A stretch of DNA of 64,000 nucleotides. Source: Lytechinus pictus. Lineage: Eukaryota. The notes beneath the pieces are model-generated. The model was given only the letters and a program-made list of their open reading frames with translations, searched no databases and was not told the origin of the DNA. The position numbers and the translations under genes are program-made. The DNA is taken from the NCBI RefSeq assembly GCF_037042905.1, contig NC_087250.1, positions 14,386,001 through 14,450,000 of the forward strand. The letters are read 5' to 3'. Each line of letters begins with the position of its first letter. Positions within the stretch are counted from its first letter, which is position 1. Positions 12,136 through 26,400 of the stretch are shown one piece after another.

Positions 12136-14593
12136 GATCCAAATATAGCTTATAATAATTTTTTGCAGAAGTTCTTAGATATATACAACTCATGCTTTCC
12201 TGTTAGACATATAGTAAAAAGAAAATTCAAAAACAAGCCTTGGTTTAACAAGTCATTACGCAAACTCTGTAATAAAAAATGTCATTTATATAGAAAATAT
12301 TTAAAATGTAATACTTCAGAGAACTATGGAAAATACAAGCATTTTAGAAATAAAGTATAAAATGAAATTAAGAAGGCAAAGAAAGAATATTTTAAATGCA
12401 AATTTGAAAATGCTGCTGGTGACATGAAAAACACATGGAAAATTATCAACACATTGCTGGGTAGGGGTGTAAAAAATAAGGTACTACCAAACTCTGTTGT
12501 TTGCAATGATGTTACAGTTAAAGGGAAAGGTGCAATATGCAATACTTTTAATTCATTTTTTGTAAATATAGGCCAAACAATGTATTCCTCGTTTAAAAAC
12601 AGTGGTGATTTTATGCAATATGTAAATGTAATGAAAAATAATTCAAGTTTGTATTTTACTCCATGTACATCTAAAGAAGTTATTGATATTGTTTCAAAGT
12701 TTAAAAGTGGCAAGAGCCCTGGTTTTGATGGTGTTTGCAGTACATTGGTGAAGACTGTTATTCATATATTATGTTATCCACTATGTGATATAATTAATTT
12801 GTCTTTGAGTACTGGCACGGTTCCAGATAAACTTAAAATTGCGAAAGTCATTCCAATTTATAAAAATGGATCAAAAGATGAATTGTCAAACTATAGGCCT
12901 ATATCTGTCCTCCCTTTTTTTCAAAAATTTTAGAAAAATGTGTGTACACGCGTGTATATAATTTTCTGGAAAAGCGCAATATTATTACTCCCAAACAATT
13001 TGGTTTTCGAGCAGGACACTCCACATCTTCTGCCATTTCTGAATTTATTCATTAAGTATCAAATGCCTTTGATAATAAAGAAATCATGATTGGATTATTT
13101 TTAGACCTTAGTAAGGCATTTGATTCTCTTGATCACATAATTTTGTTGAAAAAATTGAAAAATATGGTTTTCGAGGTGTTGTAATGGATTGGTTTAAGAG
13201 TTATTTAGATAATCGAAAGCAATACGTAGTATTAGATGAACATGAATCTCAGAAAGAGATTGTAAGATGTGGAGTGCCCCAAGGTTCAATTTTAGGGCCA
13301 TTGTTATTTCTTTTATATCTAAATGATATCTGTAATATTTCGAAAACATTAGAATTGATATTATTTGCAGATGACACTAGTGTGTTTATGTCTCACCAAG
13401 ACATTACAGTTCTTCAAAATACATTTCATTCTGAATTCAATAAAATTGTCAAATGGCTAGAAGATAATAAACTTTCACTTAATATAAAGAAAACAAATTT
13501 TATGGTATTTACAAAGAATCAAATTGATACTACTCAAATAAGAATTAAAGTAAAAGACTCATTTATTGATCAGGTCACACAAACAACTTTTCTAGGTGTC
13601 TTAATTGACAATAAACTTACATGGAAGGAACACACTGGTGTCATTTGCAACAAAATATCTAAACGTGTTGGTGTATTTTATAGTTTGAAATTTCTTTCTA
13701 AAGAAACCCTAATGACTCTATATAACACTTTAATTTTACCACATTTATATTATTGTATTATCATATGGGCATGTTCCAGTTTGCAGAATACAAATAGACT
13801 TCTATTGTTGCAGAAGAAAATAATAAGAATTGTTACACATAGCCAATATCTTGCCCATACCATGCCTCTCTTTCATAGCCTGAAAACTCTGAGAATGCCT
13901 GATTTATATATTTATCATAGTGCAATTTTTATGTATTTATGTTACAAAAAAATCTTACCAAGTTCTCTTTTACAATATTTTCAGTTGAATAAAGATATTC
14001 ATGAATATCAAACCAGGTATGCAGAAAATTTTCACATTCCCTTAGTAAGAACATCAGTTTCTCAAAATAATATTTTTTTCAGAGGTCCCAAAATCTGGAA
14101 TAGCATACCATTAGATATAAAATTAAGCCCATCATTAAATAGTTTCAAAAGGAAAATGAAATCTTATTTACTTCAAAACTATTCACAGGTGCAATGATTT
14201 TACTCAATAAGATGTGTGTGTGGTGTATGTGTGGGGGTGTGTGTGTGGGTGTTTGTGTGTGTCTGTCCATTTTTTTTTTTTGTAAATAGGTGTTGATGAT
14301 TGCATATATGCACGTACCTTTAAATTTTATCTTTTGTTTAAATCGGTTATGTATACTTTGGTTTATAATCATGTTTGGAGCTTGGCTTTTATATAAGGCT
14401 CAGCCTTTCTGCCACTCCTTATACTTTCATTTCTATCCGAGTAAAGTAATTTTTCATTCTTGTTTTTCTTTGTATCGTTTTGCTTACTATTAATGTCATA
14501 ATTATTTCTATTATATATTGTCTATGTTATTATGTCTTTATATATGTTTGTTTTTAATGAAAGTATTAAATAAATGAATTGAATTGAATTGAA
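12136..14593 (+). mobile_element. 5'-truncated CR1/L2-group LINE inserted in opposite orientation into ORF1 of the large LINE
   Basis: Starts DPNIAYNNFLQKF; KPWF, KSPGFD, NYRPIS, FLDLSKAFD, GVPQGSILGPLLF, FADDT; stop at 12358-12360 and frameshifts at ~12925 and ~13160; AT-rich 3' UTR ending aataaa + (GAATT)n at 14569-14593. Confidence 0.9.
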
Positions 14594-16188
14594 TGAGGAT
14601 GGCATACAGAGTCATCGCTATCCTCATCAATAATTACAGCCGTGCAAAGGTCCTCAATCGTAAAGCCTTTATTGAGACAAAAAGCTATGAGTTCATCGTT
14701 CTGAACAAGAAGGTCTGTTGTTTTCTGTTTCATCTCGCTGATTTCACGCTTCAGGTCAGCTATCAACTTGTCTTTCTTTCCTGCAAACGACTTCTGATTT
14801 TCAAGAGCAAGCAAAGATCTCTCATGTTCCCTTTTAGATTGTCTAAGTAGGTCAACAATTCTCTGGTGTTCAGTAAGAATCATATCACAAGTGGATGATT
14901 TATCTGTGAGTTCTTTCTTGATAGTCTGCAGGCGCTTTTCAGTTGAAGCACACTTCTGACATAACGCTGATGGATCCGTTAATGGCTTGTCAGTTTGCAC
15001 ATATCTGGAGGAAGTTGTGATATTATCTTTGGGAGACACTTCTGGTTTTGTTACAGCGATTGCAAGTAAGGTATTGTCAGCAGAGTGAGCAGAGGAGGAT
15101 ACTGAAGACACTGGAGGATCAGCAGCCAAGGGGGCAGCTGATGGCGTCCGAGGTTGGTTATCCTGGGCATCTAGAGGAGTCATGATAGCAGCGTTAGCAT
15201 TAAGTGGAGGTGTCTCAACGTGAAGCTCTTTACAGGAAGGGCAGTGTAGAGGGGCTCCAGAGGAAGAGAGAAGAGTGGAGAGATTGGGAGGTAAGCAGTC
15301 ATCATGGTACCAGAGACCACATGTCTGGCATTATTGGGAGTTTATAGTAGCTGAAGACTGGCAGACAGGGCAAGTTAAGTGGCTGTCATCTTTGGGAACC
15401 AAGTTCTTTTCATCTGATGGTTTTTCTTGACTACTTTGAGTACATGGTGTGCCTTGGGAGTGGAGAGGAGAGGTAAGACCATTTTGAGATCCAGTGATGT
15501 TACTACACGGGCGACATACATATTCCTCATCGTGATGCATACATCGATCAAGTTTAGTTTGGCTAAGCGATGTGCAGGTTAAATGAAGCCATTTATCGCA
15601 AATTCCACATTGTATAGTGTCCATGCAAGCATGCTCTGCACATATTGGGCAAATAACAGTTTTATCGGAAGGAGTGCACAGGCAGGTCTCTGACACAGAC
15701 TTAGGATGGAGGGAGTGAGATGCAGAGGAAGAGATCTCCATAAAAAGGTCGTCAAGATCCTTAGATTGGAAGAAGTTCGGATGTTCTCTATGTAGGGAGG
15801 CAGAGATTGCTGGAAGCACTGTAGTGGCAAGGAGATCGAGGTGTCTTCCATGAAAGCGGATTTCTCCCAGGATATTACAAAACTGGATAGTGAATTGTTT
15901 CAGCTTTCCTGCTCGACCTGACTTTATTTTATCAAAGAAAGTAATATCAAGGTGTTCTTCGGTAGAACTGCCTTTCAGTGACCATGTGGGGACAGCATTT
16001 AGTGATTGGGTGAAGCTTCGGGATTTGATCAGTTCCAGGGAGGCTTCTTTAAAAGCTAGGAATACCCTCATGGGAATACGGCAACTGATTTGTTTCTCGC
16101 CATTTCTCAACACTAATATACCTTTGAATTGGCAACTACTCATGGAGGCGCTTTTACGCCCAGATCCTGGACCAAATGAAGAATCCAT
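14594..16188 (-). pseudogene. LINE ORF1 N-terminal half with tandem PHD fingers and coiled coil; in-frame TAA at 15331-15333
   Basis: PHD1 CPIC..IQCGICDKWLHLTC..YVCRPC; PHD2 CPVCQSSATINSQ*CQTCGLWYHDDC..LHCPSC reads in frame through the stop into ORF 14566-15183. Confidence 0.8.
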
Positions 16189-16509
16189 TGCAGGATTATA
16201 GTGAAACTGGATGTGGGACGTAGATACGTGCGAATATAGTATAAGTAAGCACGGGTAGACAGTACATGTATTTGTATAAAGTATGATAGAGGACACGCTC
16301 ACGAGAACTAGCAAGCTGTAGGAGAGCGTGTTTATTTTCATACAGGTACAAAGCTTGAAGAGCAAACTCAAGGTAAAACATGCAGGATGAAATAAAGGTG
16401 AGGTTCAAACATGCAGGGGACGAGTGTAGCAAGATGGAGGGAGAACACGCAAAGCGGAGTTAGCATGCATGAAACGGGTGGTAGGATGAAGGAAGAAAGA
16501 AATACATTA

Positions 16510-17270
16510 AAAAAAGTCTTCTGCGGCAGAACGGCTTCATTACGTAAGCATTCTTTAAAAGCTTCTTTTTGTTCGGCAACCTCAGACCGATATTCTAATC
16601 AGGCAATGAATGGAAATATTCGGCCCTCCACACCCTTGCATCAATCGACGTCTGCTATATGACAATATGAAAGGTGAGCAGTAGAAGAACGCTGACCCAT
16701 CAGGGAATGGCCAGCCAACCTAAAGAGGAGAAGGAACTTATAGCTGAATACAACATTGTTCAGTGTCGTCCATAGGAATAAGAAATAGGAAAAATTTTAT
16801 TCAACCACTCTCATACTTTCTCCGTCTGCTGATCGCCTTCATCATACTTGGGAGTCAAAAAAGGCCCACTGAGAGTGTATCGGTGTCACATGATCTTCTT
16901 CTGTTATAATTAATACAGTCAACGGGATCCAGGATCGAATAACGATGGAGCGCTAAAGAATCGTATATGTATAAGTGTATTTATGTACATAGATTTATAT
17001 GCGCATGTGCATGTATGTATTTGTATATGTATGTATATGTATGTGCATATATTGTATACGTACAACGTCATTGTTACATATGTTACATATGTTATCATCA
17101 GTTATTATATGTACATGTATATGCCCATATTTCCACCTGTTCCTCCCTCTATACTATTGATATGTTTCGTTCGTTTTTGTTAAAATAGAACCCATGAAGA
17201 AGGCCTAAGGCCGAAAGCTCGGATTAAATTGTGGTCTACAGCAACGTCATATCGTCTTGTCATTTTTTGG
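16510..17270 (+). mobile_element. Decayed Penelope-like element 3' fragment with minimal hammerhead-like motif
   Basis: Remnant coding motifs (SLRKHSLK; PHPCINRR) resemble the PLE RT-to-GIY-YIG linker; AT/GT-rich 3' region; cccATGAAGAaggcctaaggccGAAAgctcgg at 17191-17222; ends at (TA)n. Confidence 0.45.
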
Positions 17271-17312
<42 letters not shown>

Positions 17313-17443
17313 ACCTGCTTGGAATTTCAGCATCCAGTCCAAGTCACGATCTGCATCTGGATGTAAAAACTGATGGACCAATTGATATAAATTGTACAAT
17401 CACATAGGGTCTAGCCTGATCACGTCGGAGTTCTGCAGATAGG

Positions 17444-20400
17444 ATGGCGATATATCAGGACAAATTCTACTTACTCATAAGTATTGGATTAGCGAGCTTC
17501 TTCGTTATATCCCTACTTTATCGACCAATAGAGACGAGGGTTGATCAACCGCAACTGCGATGCGCGCCGCAAGAGGTGGTGAAATATGTGACGGTAAAGC
17601 CTCGCTCATATTTGAACAGGCCTACGGAAGCTGCCACACCTACGATGACTCGTCAGCTGACGAGATATCAATACCCGAGAAAGAAAACACAACAACAGCA
17701 GGATGATGATCTAGATGTGGACATTGTATTACAGAGAGAGAAATACAGACAGACGGAACTCAATGATGTGTTCATTGGTGTGAAAACAACCGAAAAATAT
17801 CATAGCACCCGACTACAGCTCATCTTAGATACTTGGTTTTCATTAGCTCCTGAACAGGTGAGTAGCCTAAACTAATGACAGTGATTTTTTTTTTCTCCAA
17901 ATATTATTTTCTCATGGACTTTCAAGGGTATTGAAGAATGCCCTGCTGGAAATTTCACAGATCTTGCAGTGTCCCACAGTGTGATCCCAGAATGTTCACA
18001 TAGTGGACTATGTGAAAATATCATTCACACTGTGGACACACCTCGACAGTGTGACTGTACACAGTGTGTTCACATGGTCGACAATGTGAATATGTGATTC
18101 ACACTGTAGACGCCTCGACAATGTGACTGTTCACAGTGTGTTCACATGGTAGACTATATGTGAATATGTGATTCACACTGTTGAAATGCTCGAATTTAAC
18201 AGTGTGAAGATATTTTCACACTGTAGACGCCTCGACAATGTGACTGTTCACAGCGTGTTCACATGGTCGACTATATGTGAATATGTGATTCACACTGTTG
18301 AAATGCTCGAATTTAACACAGTGAAGATATATTTTCACACTCTAGACGTCTCGACAGTGTGACTGTCGAAGGTATGTTCACATGATTGACTATATGTGAT
18401 TCACACTGATAAAATGCTCGAATTTGACAGTGTGAAGGTGGTTTCGCACTGTGAGACGTACACTCTGTTCTTTCCAGTAGGCGCAAGCATATCACGTGAC
18501 GCAATTCTGAAGCAGACGAGATAATGGTAATGAATATAATAATCAGTTTCTGTATAGCGCATAACACAAAACAAATATGTCTCTATGCGCTTCAAAAGAT
18601 AAAGGAGAGGAAGAAATGATTAAGGGTGCGTTTATGTGCCACGTTAACGCTTGATGCGTTTATAATCATAGGCGGATCCAGCCCCCCCCCCCCCCCCCCA
18701 TTGGCGGAGCAAAGAAAAAAGAAAAAAAAGGGAAAGAAAGAAAAAAAGGAAAAGAAGGGAAGAGAGAGGAGAAAAAAAGAAGGGGAAACTAAAGAGGAAG
18801 AAGACGAGTGAATAAAATAAGACGAGGGGAAGACTTGGAAAATAATTGAGAAAATCTTTTATGTTAACTAAATAAAATTTTCGCTCGCGCTCGCATTGCA
18901 TTTTAGGTGATTTACATATCTTGTTCAATATGGAGTTCAAATATCAATATATACAAAACATATTTCATCTCGGAAATCGAACTTTTATTATTTGTGTGAG
19001 TTACAAATTGAATTTTAAAAAGTGCTCTGTAAAAATGTCAGTTTTATGGTCTGAATATTAACATTTCCTGCTCGCGCTGCGCGCTAGCAAATTTTGATTT
19101 ATCAGGTAGGGGGAGGCGGGGTAAGTTGAGCATAGGGGCAAGTTGAGCCACCACCCCCAGGCCAATAATGAATGAGTCAGACATTGTGGCAGTGTCATGT
19201 ATTGATGACCCATTACATAACCCTTAACCCCACCACATTGTTTTCAACTTTGAAACAAAAAGTATTTTTTAGAGGGAAAAATACAAATTTCAGCCTAAAA
19301 AGTAAAAAAAAGGGTGTGATATAGATAAGTGCTTTTTACCCGCACACGTCTTTAAATATAATTAAGAAATAAGAACAATATTGTTAGTCCAGGTATGGAT
19401 TCTCATTCTTGTCATAGTCTTTCACATGACGGATGCATAAGAAATGTGTGGATGTGAAAATATCGCACTAAGTTCGGACTGGGGAAATTTGAGCCAGCGA
19501 ACATGGGGCAAGTTGAGCCATAGTAATTCTTATGGTAATGTATAATAAAAAACAAACGAATCTTTAAGAGCCATTGATATGCAGGCAAAAAGGAGCAAAT
19601 TCACATGACCGTTCTTTTACTATTAGAGGACGTTAGTATTCATATAGAATTAGCAAGTACAAAGACTTTAAATAAAAAATTGACATGCTGGTTCTTCCCG
19701 CATACATTTTGTACATATTTTTTGTGGCTCAACTTACCCCAGAAGGTGGCACAATTTACCCTACAGATGGGGCAAGTTGAGCCATTTGACATCTTTTTTC
19801 AAAGGTCACAATGACTTTCAGTGTGGGGGTAGAAAGTTATATATAGGTGAAAATATTTCCCAAGAATCAAATCTAAAGGCTAGGTTCTTATTTTGTACAA
19901 TATTATTAGTCATATCAATTCTAACATGCAAAATGCAAAAAGTGTCACAACTTACCCCGCCTTCCCCTACCTATTATTTTTGTGTATTCTATAAAGTTTT
20001 CAAAATATCCCTTTTCAGGTCTGCTTGTCAAAACGTATCAGCTAGCGCTGCACGCTCGCATTTTGATTGGCGAATTATATGTATGTCTCAATATTGATAT
20101 ACAACAAACTACTTAAAATCCCCAGGCCTTTTCATGACAGTGTATAAATAAAATTAGGCTCGCAATTTGCGCTCGCATTAATGGTTAATAATATATTAAC
20201 TGATGTATCCTAGTTATAATTACAAAAGTGATCGAAAATGTCCAGTTTTAAGGCCATCATATCACATTTCGCGCCCTCATTAGGCATTGATGAATAAGAT
20301 ATTAATTTAATAATTGAATATCACTTCGAGCCTAGCAAGAGAAATAGGAAAACGGTCTTCATTTTCATATGATTACATGTCCTAAGGACATTATCATTAT

Positions 20401-23400
20401 CCAGTTTCAGATCACAATATCAAAAAGTTTTCTGCTCGCGCTTTGTGCTCTCATTATTAATGTAGAAAGATCCCCTATTACTCATTCTTTTCATGACTTA
20501 GATCGAGTGTCCCGTTTTTAGGTTTAAATTCCGATTTTTTTTCCGCTCGCGATTCGCGCTCGCATCAATTTTGTTCACGATAATAAAAATTGATCAATAT
20601 TTTCCATTTTTTATGTAGAAATGTCAATTTTTCATCTCGCGCTTCGCGCTTGCATGATGTGATTGTTGAAATATATATGTAACGTCTTCATGGCAAAGTT
20701 AAAACAGTCCTTAACAGGTACCTTTCGATCAGTTCAAAACGCGTATGAAATTTTTCTGCTAGCGCTTTGCGCTCGCATTAATTAATGTAAGGAAGATCCC
20801 CAATTACTCATCCTTTTCATGATTTTCAAAACATGAATAGAGTGTCTCGTTTAGTATGTCTAAATCTCGAAATTTTCCGCTCGCGCTTCGCGCTCGCATT
20901 AATTGTTTAGTTTTATGCCTATTCTGTTCAAGTTGCAAAAAGTGCTTAGAATTTCCATTCTTCGGGTAAAAATGTCAACAAAATTTCAGCTCGCGCTTCG
21001 CGCTCGCATTAATTTTTTAAAAAGTAACGTCTTCATGATAACTGCATGCAATCTTTAACATATACCTTTTCCATCAATTCATTTCTGCTCGCGCTCGTAG
21101 TAATTATTTGGTTGCATACACATCTTTTTCAGGATAACAAACATTGCCCAGAATGCTTAAATTTTAGGAAAAAATACACACGATTTCCAAAAAATTTAGC
21201 TCACGCTTCGCGCTCGCATTATATAAATAAGGATTATGATATAAATTTATGTTGATTAATAAGAATAAAGCTAAAAAGTGACTATTAGGACTACCCCTTC
21301 AAATAAACCAAAAATCATCTTCGAGCGGCCGTTCGGGGAAAATATGGCTAAAAATAAGTCCGCCCCCCCCCCCCCATTGCCGAAGGCTGGATCCGCCCTT
21401 GCTTGTATACCCATCCTTAATTGTCATTCTCTTGTACGAAATGGGTACCCGGGAGGATGCGAAAGCCTAATAGTATGCCTAGCAATTGAGTCTTGGAACT
21501 CTTGTTGGAATGCTCCCCAGGGAGTGGAGAAGGTGCATATATTGTATGCGGGCATGCAACGGTCCGATGACCGGGGTAATAATATGCTGTAAAGCGCTTT
21601 GGGTCATTCTGGGAAAAGTGCTATATAAAAAATAGCTATTATTATTATTATATTTTCTTTGTAAATAAAATGCTAAATATAGACAAGGATTGATTATTGA
21701 ACTGGAGAGACATTTCATTTTCTACACATTATGTTTCCGAGTCTTTTTTTTCTCGTTATTTTCAGACATATTTTTTCACAGACGGAGGTGACATGGAGCC
21801 ATATCAGAACAAAACAAGTAAGTTTAATTTTCTTTAACTCATCTCCGTTTTCGATGCTTTTACAGGCGTATTTTATTTAGCGACGCGCTTTTAAACTGTA
21901 TACGTGCTACATACGCGTCGCGACGTATGGAGCTTCAGCGACGGTGATTGATGAGAAGGTCGTATTGCAAGAAACCGTATTATTGTAGGACATAACGATA
22001 ATCATACGAGTAGGCTTTCAAAGCGTAACCCACGACGCGGAATCTTTTCTGTGTTCCGCATCTTTCATGCACATGCACACTAGGCGGCCACAATTCAGAA
22101 GAGTAATTGATGAAAATATCCAATTGAAGTTCCCTACATATGTCATGCGACACACTAATGTATAGCTGTTCTATATTTTATAAAGTTCGCTTTCATATGG
22201 TAAATGGTCGTCGTGTTGATAAACATATAGCAATTACGAACTGCTAAAATAATGTGAACTTTATAATGTGATGTTTTCAATCGGTTTGTAATGTGACATC
22301 ATTAACGTATAGACCCAGTTTATCTCTTTGAAAAATAAATAAATGAATAAATAAAATTGGTATTCGAAAACACATTTTATCTCTACGATAATATCTGAAA
22401 TTTTGATATTGCTTCATTGGCGTGCGTGCCTTAGATGAGATGAAATGAACCTTATTATGATGAATGAAAATATCTTGCCTGAGTAAAAGTGGAATCGGAA
22501 TGAGGTGCCCGTTTCATAAAGAGTTCATTTGCTACCATGGCAACTACCCTTATAATGACCAATAGGGCTCGGCATCCAATCTCGATCAGTTTGCTATATA
22601 GCTAGGTTTTCCATTCGTACTATCCCTGATGGAAATAACAGTGTCAATGTGATCAGTGTGTTCACACTGTGGACTATGTGAAAATATCCACACTGTTAAA
22701 GTGCGAAAATTCAACGGTGTACGTACATTTCCACAGTAGTCTTCTCTGGACACCTCGACAGTGTGACTGTTCAGAGCGTGTTCACATTGTCGATTATGTG
22801 AATATGTGATTCACACTGTTGAAATGCTCAAATGTAACAGTGTGAAGGTGATTTCACATTGTGTTCCACACTGTGAACAAACTGTGGCATATATAACACT
22901 AGGACACGACCCTTTTCTTTCCAGTAAAGATATGGCAAAGTATAGCCATGACTCTTTTTGAAGTCGTCCCCTAGATTTCTAACTTCCGTAGCTGTCTTTG
23001 AGGCATGATCGCAAATGCATCTTGTCAAATATTAATGATAATAATGATATTAATAATTCTATTTCATTTGTTGGCAGACGGTCATATGGTCAAAACCGGG
23101 TGTAAACAGCGCCATTCACCGTAAGTTCATGCTCACATTTTATATATTTTTTTTCTCATAAACGGTCTAAACAGAACAGATAATACATTTTATACAACTA
23201 ACTCTAAGATCATCACGTAACAGATATGAATAATTCAATTTATTTCATTCAAAATTAAAAAAACAAATACATGGTAGAATGTGGAGACAGCTTGGAAGAA
23301 CATTGAAGTCTTATGAAATGCGGCCATCAATAATACACTGTAAAAACTATGGTGTGAAAACTGACACCAATTGGTGTTAATAGAGGACCACACCCTGAGG

Positions 23401-26400
23401 TGTTAAAATAACACCCTAGAGATTGAACATAACCCCAAAGAGTGTAAATGTAACAACCAAAGGTGTTGTAATAACACCTATAGGTGTAAAAGTAACACCA
23501 CCAATTTAACAACGGTGTAAAATAACTGGTGTGGTCCTCTATGTACACCGGTTAACACCACAGTTTTTGCTGTGTACAATCAAGTATAATATACAAAAAC
23601 AAATAAAAAGAGAGCATATATTTCAAATGAATAACAGGATGATACATATAAAATAAATTAAGCGATTAACAAAACCTTACAAACCCTACACAGACATAAT
23701 AAAAGACACATACAGATAAAAATGAGCCTGATAATTTACGTGTAATTTTGTAAAAGTAGTTTCTTATAATTCTTCTTAAAAACATTTAATGAAGGGCTTG
23801 ATTTCATTTCTTCTGACAGAGTATTCCAAATTTTTGGTCCTTTGTAAAAATGAATTGATGCCAACATTTATTTTGCTAACCTCGGGGGCCGTGCACTTCC
23901 ATTGAAGAGTGAATAACAGGCGCGACCAAAGAAACGCGAAAAAATATTTTTTTTTCAAGATTGGGCACGTAAATTACGTAATAAGAGTGTCAAAGCAATA
24001 AAATACTGAAAAGGGTATATTATATATATCACTAGGAAAGCTACGTGTTTATGGTCAAATTTGCGAGGGTATAAAAAAGACTAAAATGCTTTATAAAGGA
24101 TGTACTTTTTTTCCCAAACACAACGTGTTAAAGGCCTGATCACACCGCCCGAGCATTGTTGGAGCGGTCGTGGAGCTACCGTTCACCACCGTTTAACCAA
24201 AGTTGGCCTCCGTTAAGGCAACGCCGAATAAACTCGGCCACCGCTGATGGTCCCTCCTACCGCTCCGAAAGTTTTGAGCTGCTCAAAATATTGCGAGCGG
24301 TGAGGAGCGGGCAATTTTCAGCTCCAGCAAAGTTGACTACCGCTCTAACAACGCCCAGTCAAAGTTTGGCACCGCTAGACGAAAGTTCGTGAACGCTTGG
24401 GTCTGCTAGGCCAACGCAGAAATCTTGAACGCTGGACAACCGCTGCTTCGCCAGCGTTGCTCGGCCGGTGATTAAACGGTTCTCAAACTTTGGTGGAGCG
24501 GTTGTAAGCGTTTTCCGAGCGGATATGGGATTGCTGGAATGGTGCATTCATCGATCCACTCATTGTTAAATAATAGCAATGAAGGGATGTACTTTTGTCT
24601 ACCAGAGTAATTGTGGCGAGTACAATGAGTAGCTGCATAAATAGTACACTGTCTTTGTTATTATTATTATTATTTGTTTGGTGTCACCTGTGCCTGGGAG
24701 GCGAAAAGTGAACTGAATCACTATGACCCACAGGTCTCTCCTCCCGATATAACTGATTGGGGGGAATGCAGGTGGACCACTACACCGGGGTGTCATCATG
24801 ATCATAGGGTTAAAGGGATGGTCCGGGCTGAAAGTACTTATATCCTAATACATAGAGTAGAATTCACTGAGCAACATGCCGAAAATTTTATCAAAATCGG
24901 ATAACAAATAATAAAGTGATTGAAGTTTAAAGTGTAGCAATATTTTGTAGAAACAGTCGTCATGAATATTCATTAGGTGGGCTGATGATGTCACATCTCC
25001 ACTTTCCGTTTTGTTATCTTATTACATAAAATCATATTTTTTTTCATTATTTCATATTTTGTGTGAATATATGTCTCCTTTATAATGAGATAAGTTGCAG
25101 CAATAAATATCTAATGCACAAAATCAGTTGTCAATCCAAGTTTTCTAGTTCTTGAAGGAAAATTTTTGAATAAACCTCATTTCATATAATAAAATACAAA
25201 AGAACAAGTGGAGATGTGACATCATCAGTCCACCTAATGAATATTCATGCGATTGTTTTCACAAAATACTGCTAAACTTTAAAATTCAATAACTTTGTTT
25301 TCCAATTTTGATGAAATTGCTTTCAGCACATAGCCCGGACCATCCCTTTAAACCCCGTCGAGCCGATGCCCGCATGCGCAGAACTCCACTCTATCAACGC
25401 TCGAGTCACCGCTAAACCAACGCTCGCGACCGCTCGCCACCGTTAAACCATCGCTAAAGCTACACTGGCTTCAGCGGTGCACCGTTAAGGCAACGCCCAT
25501 GTTTTCGTTTTTTCCCTCAATTTTGTGAGCGGTGACGAGCGTTGTCGAAATTCGACCCTACCTCCCTACCGCTTCACGACCGCTCCAACAACGCTCGGGC
25601 GGTGTGACCAGGCCTTTAGAGTCTGATTTGAGCGAGGTAGGCCTATGGGCGGGGCGCGCGTTTCCGTTTTACACCCTGGCGAAGGCAATCTTCGCAAAAA
25701 TAGCTACAAAGCGACTAGTGAAGAGTCTATGCACACCACCACCGCACAGCCACTTCATGTACAGAGGGCAATCAAATCCGAAAATGCTTTTGCATGCAGT
25801 GGCGTTTAATTGTAAATACAAGGAGGTGAAAAACCTAGAATTCGGGCAATAGCAAAAATTAGATAAGACAAGAATAATAACAATAGTACAAAACAAAGGA
25901 GAATCTACAGCGCATGTCAAGTCCAGTCAATTGTTTCCACTTATATAATTGTTTCATAATGATTCTAAACGATGAATTTAAATATACTAGTTCTACTACT
26001 CCTACTACCACCGATACTACTATACTACTAACTAGTATATTTTAATTCACTGTTTAGAATCATTATGAAACAATTATATAAGTGGAAAAAACTCATGCTG
26101 TATAGATTCTCCTTCGTTTTGTATTGTTATTATTATTGTCTTATCATTATGATAAGACAAGCAGCAATAATAATAAGACAAGAATATATAACACTAAATT
26201 AATTTTGGCTATTGCCCAAATGGTAGGTTTTCACCACCTTGTGTATACGAACGCCACTGCAAAAGCATGTTCGGATTTAATTCATGACAGTGCCGTGGCC
26301 GTGTAGCCACAGAGTTGGTGTGGGGGAGAAACCAGTGACGCGTGTAGACTCTTCACTAGTCGCTTTGTAGCTAGTTTTGCGGAGATTGCCTTCGCCAGGG

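Larger units (their letters stand above)
6745..16480 (-). mobile_element. Large non-LTR retrotransposon (ORF1 with two PHD fingers + coiled coil; ORF2 APE-RT-CCHC; RTE-X-like, clade uncertain), disrupted
   Basis: ORF1 pieces 15331-16371, 14566-15183, 10630-12135; ORF2 pieces 8333-10693 (LNVRGF, IQEHWL, GGVAI, LLGDFN, SDH, NYRGITL, DAEKAFD) and 6985-8511 (GVRQGGILSP, ALADD, CQHC..ETVEHFIATC); (GTT)n tail on minus strand at ~6748-6763; 5' boundary approximate. Confidence 0.85.

Noticed and set aside
15331..15333. Programmed stop-codon readthrough in LINE ORF1
   Set aside because: A TAA inside a PHD finger in an element with other lesions is most simply a CAA-to-TAA mutation
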